Below are positions 1 to 13,730 of a stretch of 64,000 nt of DNA, piece after piece (the stretch's first letter is position 1; the number at the start of each line of letters is the position of its first letter). Below the pieces are notes generated by a model. It did not search any database, had not been told where the DNA came from, and worked only from the letters and a program-made list of their open reading frames with translations. Location of the stretch: positions 107,944,001 through 108,008,000 of the forward strand of contig NC_058373.1 of assembly GCF_018350175.1 (NCBI RefSeq), read 5' to 3'. The position numbers and the translations under genes are program-made. Source of the DNA: Felis catus (taxonomy: Eukaryota).

Positions 1-9
1 CTCAAACTT

Positions 10-385
10 GGCGTATTTATTCATTTCTTTAACACATATGTCTGGAGAACCTACTGTGTGCCAGGCACTGTGCTAAGCTCTGGAAACAAATGAGACAAAA
101 CCCTGTACCCTCAAGGAACTTAAATTCTAGCACAGGTAGTCAGATAAACAAAAAGTGGATATATGGCATGTTGGAGCGATGAATTCTATGGAGCAAAAAG
201 CTGTGTAAGGGGAAGATCAAGTTCAGGGAGGGTGGGACATTTAAGCAGATGAGCAGAGACCTACGGACATGAGGAAGCAAGGTCTATGTGAATATCTGGG
301 GGAAGAACATTCTGGACAGAAGGAATGGCAAGCTGACAAAGCTTTTGGGAGGGGAGCATGCTGAAGGAGTGGCAAAGAGAATAGT
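10..385 (-). mobile_element. L2 LINE relic (3' end)
   Basis: tttattcatt...ctactgtgtgccaggcactgtgctaagctctgg...ccctcaaggaacttaaattctag is typical of the reverse complement of the L2 3' end. Confidence 0.65.
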
Positions 386-1337
386 AGGCTGGAGTTTCTG
401 CAATACAGAATAATGGCCACGTGTACTTAGCATATATCTCTAAGGATTAATGTCTCTGTAAGGAGTCCTACTTAGTTAATTTCAGCTTCTTGGGACATCT
501 CTCCAAGGTAAATGGTACTATCCCTACTTTCCACATAAGGAAACTTGAGGCTCTGGGAAGTAAAATAACTTGTTCGGGGTCACACAGTATGTAGGGGAAC
601 TCTACAATCCTACCTCAGGTTTGAATCCACGAAGGTGCCAAGTTTCCTCAATCAACAGTGCATGGGATGCTTTGTGTTCTCTCTGCCAGGCTAACTCCTG
701 CTAACCTGTGCAGTCTCAGCTAGGTGTCACCTCCACTGGGAGACTTTTCTAGACTCCCTGCCCCCTAACACATGAGCTAGGTTCGGTGCCTATCCTGTCT
801 GCTCCTGTGACATCCTGTAATACCCTTCTCCTCACACTTTTTCTGGCCCGTGTGTCTCTTCATACGGACCACTTCATGAAGGCAGGGAGCAGGCCTGTCT
901 AACCCATTGTCTGTGACCAGCATTACACTAATCTAAACCCATGATTTGCTCAGAATTCAAGGTCATGCTTTTTCATAAATGAAAGCCTTCTGAGAAATTG
1001 CTTTACTTAAAAGAACAGCTGAGTATCCATACTAGAAGTTTTCAAATGATAATTCTAATTCTTGAAGAATGTTTAAATTTGGATTTTCATTTCGGTTAAT
1101 AATATAAATAATTCTTTCACCGGTTATAAGGACACAATTCTTCCTTGCAATTGTAATTCTCAAATGAAAGTTATTGCAGAGGAAAAGACTCTGTGTTTCT
1201 TCACATGTTCTTGAAAAAGGAGCCATGCAGTAGACAAGTTGGAAAAACAGTGCTGGTCTCTGCCATGATTCTTCAACCACGGCTCTACACTTGATGGCAT
1301 GGAGCCACAGCACTTGTGACACATTCAAGTTGTATAC

Positions 1338-1523
1338 TTTTTTAATTGTTTTTAGTGTTTATTCATTTTTGAGAGGTGGGGGGCAGAGAGAGAGGGAGAC
1401 ACAGAATCTGAAGCAGGCTCCAGGCTCTGAGCTGTCAGCACAGAGGCCGATGCGGGGCTCAAACCCACAAACCGCGAGATCATGACCTGAGCTGAAGTCG
1501 GATTGAGCCACCCAGGTGCTCCT
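1338..1523 (-). mobile_element. CAN-SINE (SINEC_Fc-type)
   Basis: Reverse-complement body (gagacacagaatctgaagcaggctccaggctctgagctgtcagcacagag...ccacccaggtgctcct). TSD gttgtatac at 1329-1337 and 1525-1533. Confidence 0.93.
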
Positions 1524-1869
1524 GGTTGTATACCTTTTTGCTTAAGGTGGTGCTAATCCCTCTCAGAGTTAAGTTAGATCTGTCCGCTGTATTCAGAGGA
1601 CTTCAGTGTTTATTGATCTCAATTTTTATGCCTTCCTGCTAAAAGCAAAGGTAATAACTTTTTCAAGGTCTTTTTATAAATTGGACATTGATTTTAAGTT
1701 TTTTAAGCCAACCATATATATTTTGCACATAATGACTGAGGGAGAAAGCCTGGTGATGTCACTTTTTTACAGTTAGGTGTAAGTTATTGAATAATGCTAA
1801 CACCCTGAAGTTATTAAGGGGCTATCTTCAAACTAGGCTACCAAACTCTTCCTCTCATAAAAGCATGCG

Positions 1870-1879
1870 CACACACACA

Positions 1880-1913
<34 letters not shown>

Positions 1914-1924
1914 TCATCATCATC
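1870..1924. repeat. (CA)n microsatellite followed by (CAT)n
   Basis: About 21 CA units with one TA interruption, then catcatcatcat. Confidence 0.95.
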
Positions 1925-2352
1925 TTCATGGGGGTATATACTCATCAATGAGAGCAATGATTTTCCCCGTGTTTTAAATTTTTAAAATAAAATTTATTCT
2001 TGCCTTTCTAATTATAAAAGTAACACATAGTGACTGCTGAAAACATATAAAAGATAAAAATGAATAACCTATATTCCTACTACTGAAAGATAACCATTTT
2101 TCTTTTGACATATTTTCTTAAAGGTTTTAAATGTCTTTTTTTAAAAAAAGAAAGTTGCAGGCATACATGTAAACATTTTCAACCTGATTATTTTTATTAA
2201 TATATCATAACCATTTTCCCCTACCGTGAAAGTTGTCTACATTCTCTTTCAAGCTAATATGATGTGACTGAAGTGATGTAGGTGGTTTATCACATGGGCC
2301 TACTTAATTTACACTCCATTTAACTTGATTCAGTATTATTAATAATCATGGG

Positions 2353-2561
2353 TTTTTTAAATTAATTTATTCATTTTAAGAGAGAGAGAGCATGCAAGTC
2401 AGCACGAGTGGGGAAGGAGCAGAGAGAGAGAATTCCAAGCAGGCTCCATGCCATGAGTGCAGCCCAGCCCAGCATGGGACTCGAACTCACAAACGCGAAA
2501 TCGCAACCTAAACCTAAATCAAGAGTCAGACAATGAACCGACCCACCCACCCAGGCATTCC
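2353..2561 (-). mobile_element. Older diverged CAN-SINE inserted in an ancient L1 fragment
   Basis: gagaattccaagcaggctccatg...aaatcaagagtcagac...ccacccaggcattcc. The flank continues as L1M-like sequence (...gctgagtcaaaaggcatgcaca). Confidence 0.85.
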
Positions 2562-2699
2562 AATAAATGATGTGTTTATATTCTTGTACACATCTCTTGG
2601 ATCAGTCTTCAATTCTTTCCCTGGAACCACATTCCTTGGAGATACTGCTGAGTCAAAAGGCATGCACATTGTTACAACTTTTTTTTTCCAGGATTGCAA

Positions 2700-2880
2700 G
2701 GCCTTGGCTTCCAGTTTTGCCTTGCAACTTCCCCGCTGTGGAATTTTGAACAAGTTACTTAATCCCTCTATGCCTCAGCTTCATCACTGATAAAATGAAA
2801 TCCTAGAAATGCACATCTGAGGGTAGTTGTTAGGGTTTAACAGGGGTGCACATGAAGCCGTTCAGCTCAGTAATACTCGC
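2700..2880 (+). mobile_element. MIR
   Basis: MIR core caagttacttaatccctctatgcctcagcttcatcactgataaaatg. Confidence 0.7.
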
Positions 2881-3653
2881 TTTTTTGAACATTCCGTGGA
2901 AAAATATATCAAAGCACATGTTTCTGGTGTTGGGTATTGGTGTCATCTTTCCAGTTTGCTTTTCCCCATACTTTGCTTTCCCCATACTTAAGTCTTATAC
3001 AGTTTGATGCATTTTGACAGGTGGACACAAATATGTAATCAACACTCAAAGTAATATATAGAACATTTCCATCAACCCAGAAGGTTTCCTGACACCCCTT
3101 TCAGTTAATTCCTAACCACCTCCATAGGCTACCGCTGCTGATTTCACATGGTTATTATAGGATGTGAATATCCACATTAGGATCCTGAAAGTAAAGTCAC
3201 TTCTCAGCAACATCCTTCTGAGTGTAAGAGATGGAGTTCTTTAAGATGTCTCAATGAGTACAGTGGTGGTTGTGGTCAGAAGAAACCACTGAGGGGAAGA
3301 CTTTGTTCTCTCAGTCAGTTTTACTCTCAATAGGGAAAATAGTTCTAGGCGGGTAAACATTGGTATGTCAGCCATGGTTGTTTGAGTATCTAAGGTAACG
3401 TAGGTGTTTTTATTGTCTTTTTAATAGTTTTCAAATGTTCTATATTGAATATTGTGGTTTTGATATTTAAAAATGATATTTTCGAAGGGATATCACATGT
3501 GAGATTGAATATACCCTAATATGAGTTTTTCAACATGATAATGCCAGAAATAGGTAACCTGCTGTTGTACCAGTTAAGTTCTGTCAAACCTTGACCATCA
3601 GGCTGTAATCTCTCCTAATCCATGAATCCTAGTTCTAGTGAAGTCCTAGTCAT

Positions 3654-4037
3654 TGTCTTAGGCTGGTCAGGCTGCTGTAACAAGTACCATAGACCAGGTG
3701 ACTTAAACAACAGAATCTTCTTTCTTACATTCTAGAGGCTGCAAAGTCCAAAATCAAGGTGCCAGCCAATTTTATTTCCAGTGAGGGCTCTCCTCCCAGT
3801 TTGCAGATGGCCACCTTCTTGCTGTTCCCTTACATGACAGAAGAGAGAGAGAAGAGACAAGCTCTTTAGTTGTCTCTTCTTACAAGGGCACATATCCCGT
3901 CATGAGGGTCCCATCCTCGTGGCTTCATCTAACTCCAACTACTTCCCAAAGGCCTCATCTCCAAATACCATCACATGGGAAGGTCAGGGCTTCAACATGA
4001 ATTGCAGAGGAAGGGCACGTAAACATCAGCCCATACA
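3654..4037 (-). mobile_element. MaLR solo LTR (MLT1A-like)
   Basis: TG...CA termini (tgtcttaggctggtcaggctgctgtaacaagtaccatagac ... cagcccataca), 384 bp, flanked by the 5-bp TSD gtcat (3649-3653 and 4038-4042). Confidence 0.88.
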
Positions 4038-4932
4038 GTCATTCATTCACACACATGTTCAGTTTTTTTTTAATGTTTTCTGTTACAATAAGCAAGATGC
4101 TCTGCAGCCGCTTGCCTTAATAGTGCACAATCTACCTAGAAATGATTTCGGCCCCAAGGAGGGCGGCACCTGCTGGAATTGAAAACATAGTGGACTGATG
4201 GGAGCGAACAGTTAAGGATTAGATGCCTTCATCACCATTCTTTGGGTTCACTGAGCCATGTATGTCAGTCGTGGAGTTGTTTTCAGATGTGTTAAGACAA
4301 AAATCCTTCTCCTAGATCCCAGTTCTTAAGCCTGGCAAGATAAATAGCTGAGTGGAACATGGTGTTAGAGTTTTCCTCTTGATAGACAGTCTACAGCATC
4401 TGCCTGAAGGTGGGATTTTTTTTCCATTGTCTTGCAGATGCCAAATTTTACTTAAAAGTAATTTTACTTAACTTGTTAAGTAAACTTCTAAACTTACTAG
4501 CAAACTTCCTGGGCAGAAATATAACTCGGAGCAGGTGCCCTGTTAGCACTTAACAAAAACACTCAGACCGTCAGAAAATCGATGAATTTCTGGGTTTAGT
4601 TGCAAAGAGAAGTGAGTGAAAACTGATGGGCAACCTTCCCCACCCCCTAGAGGATGACCTCACTGAATGATCTGGTTCTGGAGGTGTGTGCATGGTGCAC
4701 ACAATGGGGAGGTGGCAGCTTGTGTGGCCTTTCACTTCTCCTTCCTCCCTTGGCACGGCTCCTCCTGCCTCCAGAATACCCATTCTGACCTCTTTCACAT
4801 ACAAAATCACCATTCTACACCATGTTCGATACTTGCATCAAAACTTACCTATCCCATGTCCCACTGTTAAAATTCTGGAGTCAGGGTTGGAAGAGAGTTC
4901 AAAGTTACATAATACCCTTCTCTCTCTCCCTC

Positions 4933-5140
4933 TTTAAATTTATTTATTTATTTGGAGAGAGAGAGCAAGTGAGCACGAAGCGGGGAGGGGCAGAGAGAGA
5001 GGGAAAGAGAAAATCCCGAGCAGTCTCTGTGTTGTCAGTGTGGAGCCTGACTTGGGGCTTGAACTCATGAAACATGAGATTATGACCTGAGCTGAAATCA
5101 AGAGTTGGGGGCTTAACTGACTGAGCCACCCAAGCACCCT
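4933..5140 (-). mobile_element. CAN-SINE
   Basis: Reverse SINE body ending ctgagccacccaagcaccct; TSD-like acccttctct on both sides. Confidence 0.9.
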
Positions 5141-5515
5141 ACACCCTTCTCTTTCAAAGCATGAATGCCTAACAGCCTGCTGAGTGGTCTTTTTTTCCTA
5201 TACCTCTAAACAGAGGGTAACTTATTCCCTCCACTTTTAGGCACATAGAATGATTGGAAATTTCACCTTTATATTGGCTCAAACACTGTCTCATTGTATC
5301 TTCTGTTCCCTGGTGCTAGATCACCTTTAAGGAATAAAGTGGAAATACACAAATTTTGCATAAAAAAAGCTTTCAGATTTTTGAAGACCATCTGGATCTT
5401 CCAATGTAGTTTACTTGTCAAAGAAGGAAATATTAGTGGTATGATACTGTTTATCCTGGCTCTCTTGTCATAGTCACTGATTTCTGAGCAATGATAAGCC
5501 ATCCATGTAATTTTT

Positions 5516-5705
5516 AAACAACGTTTTTAAAAAATGTTTATTTATTTTGAGAGAAAGAGAGAGGCAGACAGAGAGAATCCCAAACAGGCTCCATGCTGTC
5601 AGCACAGAGCCTGATGCAGGGCTCGATCTCACATACCGTGAGATCATGACTTCAGCTGAAATCAGGAGTCAGACATTTAACCAACTGAGCCACCCAGGCG
5701 CCCCC
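5516..5705 (-). mobile_element. CAN-SINE
   Basis: Reverse SINE body ending ccacccaggcgccccc; TSD at(c/a)catgtaatttttt. Confidence 0.92.
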
Positions 5706-6449
5706 ATACATGTAATTTTTTATTCTATAGTCTTGAACCAATATCCAGTTGACTTGTTACATTCTTCTTCTCTTACAAAAGCAGAAGTATCTTAAGTAGC
5801 AATGGGTTAAACTAATATGAGTTGTGGTAAGAGGTGTTCATGTTACCTCTTCCAGATCAGTTATGGGCTTTAATTGAATTCTGTTCCTGCTGAATATAGG
5901 GATAGTAAGCATATTGTTGGTGTGATTTAGAATAGGGTATGCAAGGTCTCCTTTCACGTAGATCTTAGAGGAATTTAATGCCTTACCTACCTTTCTAGTA
6001 GAGCTTCAGCCTCTGTGTGCACATGAAAACAGAGAAGATAGTCATGAACCCCAGAGTTAGGGGTCTCTGTCTGCCATTCACTCTGAAAAGGTGGGTACTT
6101 TTCACTCAGGTCATCAGTGCCTTGTTCGAGGGTGAATTGCCAAAGGTGAGGCACGGGATGAGCATAGGTGTGGGGATCAGAGAGGCAAAGACAGGAACAC
6201 CTCAAGATAGGGGTACCTGTGGAACTCCTAGTCAAATGATCTGTCTCCAGGTTGTAAATACCAGGCTAACCTTTAAGACAGTGACCGCAGACTCTAGGTT
6301 GATTGCACGGCAACAGTGTGAAAATGGGGCTGTGCTGGCTTCCGGTTAAGTACTATGTCCTATGGGATTATTGTGAGACTTCAGCTCATGGGGCTTGTTT
6401 ATGCCAGCATCTGGTATCAGTTAATGCCCCATGTGCATTATCAATTTTA

Positions 6450-6675
6450 TTTTTTTTTTAATTTTTTTTTCAACGTTTTTATTTATTTTTGGGACAGAGA
6501 GAGACAGAGCATGAATGGGGGAGGGGCAGAGAGAGAGGGAGACACAGAATCGGAAACAGGCTCCAGGCTCTGAGCCATCAGCCCAGAGCCCGACGCGGGG
6601 CTCGAACTCACAGACCGCGAGATCGTGACCTGGCTGAAGTCGGATGCTTAACCGACTGCGCCACCCAGGCGCCCC
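6450..6675 (-). mobile_element. Young felid CAN-SINE (SINEC_Fc)
   Basis: CpG-rich body (aatcggaaacaggctccaggctctgagccatcagcccagagcccgacgcggggctcgaac...). Perfect 19-bp TSD atgtgcattatcaatttta at 6431-6449 and 6677-6695. Confidence 0.96.
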
Positions 6676-7647
6676 AATGTGCATTATCAATTTTAAAGAC
6701 GACAAGTGATCCAGGGAAGAAACTTGAACAGTGAATCCATTTAAGAGCTGGACAGATCCAATACATTTCAGTATTATTTCAATTATTTCAAATTGAACAA
6801 ATTATGTCATACCCATTCTGTAGAATATTATGCAGCTATTAAAAGAGTGAGTTAGATCCACATTTATTGATCTGGGTGGCTTGTCCCCAATAGATAAATA
6901 AGTGAAAGGAAGAAGTTAAGAAGTGGCATGTATGCTCATTTAAGTCTTGTTTTTTTGGTACAAAAAATAGTAGCAAAAGCCATCTGAACATAGATCTGCG
7001 TGGGGAGAACATTGTGGAATAACAGACACAAAACCATTTGGGAGGGGATGGACAGTTATGATTTTTCATCATGTATCTTCCTTTTGTATCACTGTGGTGA
7101 GAATGTGTTACTTTGGGGATTTTTGAGAACAAATTTTTTAAAAAGAAACAAGCAAAAAAAGTGGGAGGTGGACCAAAGAAGAGGAGAAACTTCTCAGCAG
7201 GGCAGGAGAGGGAATGGTCGGAAGGGAGGAGGTGTTGTCCAGGAGGGCACATGACGAAAAGCCAAGAGACCCACACTTTTCCTCTCCTTTGTCACGGCCG
7301 TATTAGGGCTTGCAGCCAGAGCTTTGCTTTTCTTATTCGTCTTCAATTTCTGGCGCAAGGCATAGCAATAGTTCTTATTTCTTCATTTCTGTTTTATTTC
7401 TAGCAAAGTGAGTCAACACTTGTGTCGGGGAATACTCATCGGGAGAGATAAGTGGTATGAAGATGGGTGTCAACGTGGTATTGTGTAATCTGAGAAAATG
7501 GAGAGGCATGTCAGTGTAATTTAATTAGATGAGAGAATGCGTACATATGATAAAAAAGAGAACTGTTTAGCTATTCTAAAAAGATTACAGTGAACACTAA
7601 ATCCAGCCTCCCAATTTCTTTTTCTCAAGGCAACCAGTTAGCCATGC

Positions 7648-7871
7648 CTTTTTTTCCCCCCATGTTTATTTATTTTGAGAGAGAGACAGGGAAAGAGAGA
7701 GCAGCAATGGGGAAGGGCAGAGAGAGAGAGGGAGGGAGAGAGAGAATCCGAAGCAGGCTCCAGTGCTGTCAGCACAGAGCCAGACGTGGGGCTCAAATCC
7801 ACGCTGTGAGATCATGACCTGGGACAGGATCAAGGGTCGGACCCTCAACCGACGGAGCCACCCGGGCGCAT
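7648..7871 (-). mobile_element. CAN-SINE
   Basis: atgtttatttattttgagagagag...gaatccgaagcaggctcc...ggagccacccgggcgc. Confidence 0.9.
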
Positions 7872-8702
7872 TTCTTCTATGTCCTTCCAGAAATGATTTA
7901 TGCATGCACAAGTTCTGTGTTTGAAACAGTGTTTCCTCTTGAGAGCCAAATGGCGCTGTCGGATGCCCTGAAAGAGTAGAGGTTTTTCCCAAGTCTTTGG
8001 AAAGGCCAGCTCTAAACTATAAAAAGGTAGCAGCTGAGCCTCCTTTTCTTCTCCGAGAAGGGTGTGTGGGTGAGGGTTCAAACCTGCAAAGAATTCTGCT
8101 CTTGTTGGAGAAACTGTGCTGGTTTGTTCAGATCATGTAACAGGCTTATAAAAGTTTATTGCAGTTACATAGGCACAGAGAGAAATTGCTTTCCAGCCCT
8201 ACACGGAGAGCAGCTGCCGTTTATAACTGGGCTGAGGAGTAGCAGCACATTACTTCCAGCCCGACTGGATGGGGCCCGCTTTCTTGCACAAGGGGCTCGC
8301 TCCTTTACCAGGAGCCTCTCAACCCCTTTCTCTGCAAGGCCCTGGAGCATGTGCGGCCCCGGCAGGGAGGAAGGGGAGAAATCCTGTGTGAGCTCCTGTT
8401 CTCTGAGAGCATGAGGAACGTGTGGAGGCATCCAAATCTTGCAAATTAAGCAAGAAGTGAGTATTAAATCTTCATTTAATCCAAGCAGTGAGAAGCCTGC
8501 CCCTCCCACGTTCACCTCGTGAGGATTCTAACACTTCTTTGACAAAGAAATGGGGCTCTGCGCAGTAGACGAAGGCAGGTGACAGTGAGTCAGGAAATTC
8601 ACCCTTTAGAAGTACAGGTCTTGTCATCACGAGCCCTTCCCGGGTACCTGTGGCTCTTGTGTTAGTTCTTGAAGGGAGGCAAGGAGGAAGGAAGGAGAAC
8701 CT

Positions 8703-8747
8703 TTGGTTGGTTGGTTGGTTGGTTGGTTGGTTGGTTGGTTGGTTGGT
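8703..8747. repeat. (TTGG)n tetranucleotide microsatellite
   Basis: About 11 perfect ttgg units. Confidence 0.95.
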
Positions 8748-11700
8748 TTTGTTTGTTTTAACTCCTACACTTGAGGACGGAATTGAGAAAAATGCACCGT
8801 GGCAGTGAAATTAATTTACAGCTGGGGAGGAAGCTTTGGAACCCGTGAAATCTGAATGCTGTCTGCTGGCTGCTTTACTGCCACGCTAAGGAAGGGGATA
8901 TAATTTTGGCCGAAGGAACAGTGGAGTTTTGTTTCCTCATCTGTGAACAGACAGGTTCAAACCTGTCAAAGGCAGTAACTGAGTTGCCTTATGACTGACT
9001 CGTATGTGGGGTGGTGATTTTTTTTTTTTCCCGTAAGAATCTGGTTGAGTCATTCAGAAAGTTAAAAAATAACAAAAACGAAATACATGAGAAAAGTTAG
9101 CCAAGGTCTGCCACAGATGCCAGGAAGGTACACACAGACTGGAAGAAATCTGTGAGGTCTTTGTTTGTTTCTCCCCATGCAAATACTCAGCCATGCTCCA
9201 CAGAGCTGGAGTTCAGTATCTGTCCTGCCATTTAAGAAATAGGACTCTGTTCTCCACAGCTTATTCCTTGGGGTTTTAGAATGTAAAATATGAAGTGTGT
9301 ATAATCACAGTTCCCAGCATTTCTTGGCATTTCGGCTTTGGCAGCAAGAATGGGAAAAACTGAAGCTTTTATGGCCAGGAAGGCTGAGTGTAATCTTTGT
9401 GCTGTGGCATTACCAAAGGAAGTAAATACGTTAAGAAGCACTTTTCCTCTCAAGTCCATCTGAGGGGCGGCCGTACTTTGTACAGTTCACTGCAGGTATT
9501 GTATATTTTTATATTCTGTTTTCATCAGAAGAAAGAGGCAGAGTTGAGGGCTTACCACACGTGAGATGTTTTCACAGTGTCTCACTTGAGACACACACAC
9601 TCTAGAAAGGGTAGCTTGTGTCACACTGTGTTGAAGGAGTTAACTCTAGAACTAACAGTTTACCAGAGAAGCTCAAGATACTGTACTTTCTGAGAACTAA
9701 TTCTCAAGATCAAAAGTCATCAAGGAGCTTAACAGGAGAAGAATTCAATGAAGAGCAAGTACTTTCATCAGAAGATGGATTTCGAGAAAATGCTTTGAGT
9801 GGGCTTAGATTAACCGACATGGTGAAAGACATACTCAGCCAACGTGTCTCATTTTGTCCAGAGAAGTCCTGGTTTGGTCCTGTGACTTCCTTACCAGCAC
9901 CCCCTTTCACCTTTCACCCTCAGAGCCCCATTTTGGACAATACACTGCACAGTCATGCTGCAAAGAGGTGTCTACATGTAACAACTTTTTTTTTTCTTCT
10001 ATGAAATGGTAGAACCAAAGAAAAAGATATTTTTACTAACTGAGAGGGGCCCCCTTCTGTAAGTGGGGGATTCTCCCAACACTTTCCTTTCAGAGGCTAT
10101 TTGCTCCTAGTCCATGAATCGGAAAAGCAATTACTAACCATTTTTAAATACTTTTTTTTTTCTGTAAGTCACTATCTTAGTCTCAAAGACACATTGGGGG
10201 AAACTGCCTTTCCCAGATCCCATGTTTTATTTCCTTTGCATGATACTTTAAGATATTTACATGTGATAAACATTTATTGTCATAACTTTATGAGCCTACA
10301 TTCATCTGTTTATCCACGCATCCAGTCAGTCATTCATTTATTCGTGCAACAAATATTCACTGAAACCTACTTTGTGCCTCAGAATATCATTGTGAACAAG
10401 ATAGGCCAGGACTTGGCCTACCAGAAGCATGTACTCTAATGTAAATATATAAAGACGTAAAAGTAACCACCAGTTGTGAAAAGTACACGGAAGGAGATAA
10501 GTGAGTTTTTCATTTTCACTTTTGTTCCACAGAACTAAAGAAAAGGGAAGTGAGAGAGACAGATACCTCTCCCCACGTCTTTCATTGTTGAATGTCTAAA
10601 ATACTTTATCTGGGGTTCAAACTCAAAATAGCTTCAGAATAGGGTCTAATGGGGACATTCCAACCACAGAGTTTTAGCCAAATAAAATTCGTATGTCTAT
10701 ACAACTAAAGTTCGGTTTAAAAAAGAAAAACAAGGTGCCCAAGGCTGGGCCAGCAGGAACTGTCCACACTCCATTTGTCCCTGGCCACTAATTAACTTCC
10801 TCCAAGGCCCCCAGGTGTTCTTTTGCTCCAAATCAATGCCCACCAGGCCTGGTTCAGTCTTCCATTTCAGTAGCTCCCGTTGTGGGTCTCACAGAGAAAA
10901 CGAGGGCAGTATTCGAATTTTACAACCACAAGTGAGCTTTTCTACCTCACTTTGGAAACACTGAGCCATCCCTCCGAAGTCTGGAAGACAGAAAGACTGC
11001 TCAAAGAAATCTGCTGGGAAATCTGAGAGCTAAGAGAAATGTCAGGAATATCATCTTTCATCACAGAATTTCTACACACTGCTGTGGTCTCCTGTGAGTC
11101 AGTGGGAGGAACTTCGCCACAATGCGGCCTCAGGCCTCAAATCAGCGGGGCTGTGGCAGGGTCCCAGCCCCAGCAGGGGTATGTGGAGGGTAAGTGGTGG
11201 CACTGTCCGTGCCAGCCCAGGAATGCGGGCTCCTTTGAGTGTGTGAGGCTAACCTCCTAAGCCAAGTTCAAACTCCCCGGGTTCTTGGGTGGGCTGCCTC
11301 TGAAAAGCTCATCTTCCTTTGTTCTTTATCCAACATCTGCCTCCTGCCACTCTCCCAGAAAGTTTCTCTTCAGTGCCAAGAATGGATCTCCTAGAGAACT
11401 AGACAGACACTCGTTATCTGAGACACCCATGAAGGATGGAAAAGGCCATCAGTCACCCGTTCTGTAGCTCCCTGGTCTCAGACCAAGAAAGAAAGGAGCT
11501 CTAAGAAGCGGGAACCTGACCGCCTCTTCTTCCCCTTGACCACACAGTGACTTCCTGAACAGACATTTAATGTAATAGTTTGGTCCTAATAGCATAAGAG
11601 AGTTCCTGCAGTCACTGGCCTTCCATGAAGCCTCTTATAAGGCATTGGTGCCTTCAGATGGAGTTACCTAGACTCTGTTTTCTTTGAAGGTGAATCTGTT

Positions 11701-13619
11701 AGATTTCCTTGTTCCCTTTGGTCCCCAACCTTTAACACAGCAGCCGACAAGAGGAATGTGTACTAACCGCTGCATTTCCTTGATTCCAAGAAGCTACAGA
11801 TCACAAGATGCCGATAATTTTTGATTTGATAGAAATGAGAGTCATGGCAGTTGGCAAGGCTTTTTGGTCATTAGTTTTAAGGAACTTAGCTGTTTCAGAA
11901 GCACTAGAGGGAAGGGAGCAGGTACAGATCTTAGAACCAAGGCAATACAGAGGCTGCAATTTCGTTCTTCTCTACACAGCGAGAGAGGAATTTTTTTTGC
12001 CTCTCTAGGCACAGTGATAGAGAGTGGCTTGGTTAAAGATACTATTAAAGCCATCCTAGTGACAGCAAAAGAGAAACAGAAGCCCAGATGGTTGGGAAAA
12101 TGTATGATCAGCTGGATTTTCAAGTTCTTCCCTTTTTTATGTGCTAGTCAGTCTTCTTCAGGAGAGTATATAAAGAACAGTGGTATGTGATACACCCACA
12201 TTTTCCACTGTGTCAGAAAAGCAAAGTCTGTCTAACCCTCCTCAGTTTCCCGCTTGGTAAATTTGTGCTCTTGGTAATTTCTTTGCCAGAAACTGAGGAA
12301 TCTGGTCTCAGAAAACAGTGGGTTTGGATACTCAGTATTATATAAGGTAAAGATGAAAAAATGCTGGTAATGTGGTTGAATTTATCTGCACGCAAGGTGC
12401 TGTATTATCAATGGTCTTCCCCTGCTGGATTCTCATCTGTAACTGTCTCATGAAGAGTGGAATCTGAAGACATTATTGCTCTCAGTCAGAACTTACTCTC
12501 ACATCGTTATTTTCTCAAGAGATGCTCCTAACTAGATTTGTAAGCATCCCACTTGTCACTTCATTCCCATCCAGGTTCTCACCTTCTCAAGGTGACCATT
12601 GTTCTGAGAAGCGTTTAGCTTCTTGTAAGGCTTTATTGGCCTGGGTGGTGGGGCCGGGCCAGTCCAGGGTCTGGAGAGCTGGACAGAACCAGAACGGGTC
12701 TCCAGAATGAGCCCTAAATCCTGCCAACCCTCCTTCAAGGTGCCGAGTCTATGTCCCCTGCCAGACTTGTGGGTTTCAAGGAATTACATTTCATGCAGAC
12801 TGTGAGTTATAAATGTGTGTTTGTTTTAAACGGACTTTATGGTTTGGAAAGTGCCCTTCACCTCTACCTGACATACTATACTACACTCACCTGTCCTTGT
12901 TTGCCTGATGCATCGAAACAGACACACAGGCTCAAAGTAGACCGTCATTAAATTGTCCGTGGGCTTTGTTTGACCATGAGGATTTCACCATGGGGTTACT
13001 CACTCAATGTGACCTGCACATCTGCTTTGTACCACATTTGGCTCTGAAGACCAAAAGATAAATGAAACAGAATCCTTGCCCTCAAGGATTGAGTCTACTG
13101 GGGGCTCCAAATGCATCTATAAATTGACAGTTTAAGACATGGTTCCCTTATTGCTCAAAGTAAAATGTAATGCAGTGAGAGTACAGAAAAGGAAGTTATG
13201 AATTCTAATCGAGAGGATCAGCAGAGGCTTTAGAGAAGAAATGGTATTTAAGCCGTAGGTTTTCGTTATCAACAAAATACAGAATTACATGCCAGGTAGA
13301 GGGAACAATAGGAATAGGAATAGGAATAGGAAGGCAGAAAAGTGTCCTGTGCTAAGGAATCATGAGGAATCCGTGTGACCAGAACTGCAGAGCAGGGAAA
13401 GGTGGCAGTTGAGGTGGGCCGGTGTGAGAACATTGAAGGCTTTGAGTGCTAGGCCAGGAAGTTTGGGCTTTATTTGCCTGTCAGTAGAAGCCATCAGAGG
13501 TTTTTGAGAAAGAGACTAACAGGAAATAACTGTAGTTAAGCAGAGTGCATAGGAACAAACCTGGAAACCAGGAGCTCAGGTAGGAGGACTTGGAATAAGT
13601 CAGGCAAGAAATAGGCACG

Positions 13620-13730
13620 GTGCAGTGCCTGCCTGGCTCAGAGCATGCGACTCTGGATCTCGGGATCGTGAGTTCAAGCCCCATCTTGGGTGTAAAGATT
13701 AATAAAAATAAATAAATAAGCTTAAGAGGG
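13620..13730 (+). mobile_element. Short old CAN-SINE inside an L2 relic
   Basis: tgcctgcctggctcagagcatgcgactctggatctcgggatcgtgagttcaagcccc plus an A-rich tail; TSD-like aaataggca on both sides. Confidence 0.75.

Noticed and set aside
1338..7871. Six consecutive antisense SINEs suggesting strand selection
   Set aside because: Across the gene the count is about 15 antisense to 9 sense, which is too small a skew to distinguish from chance.
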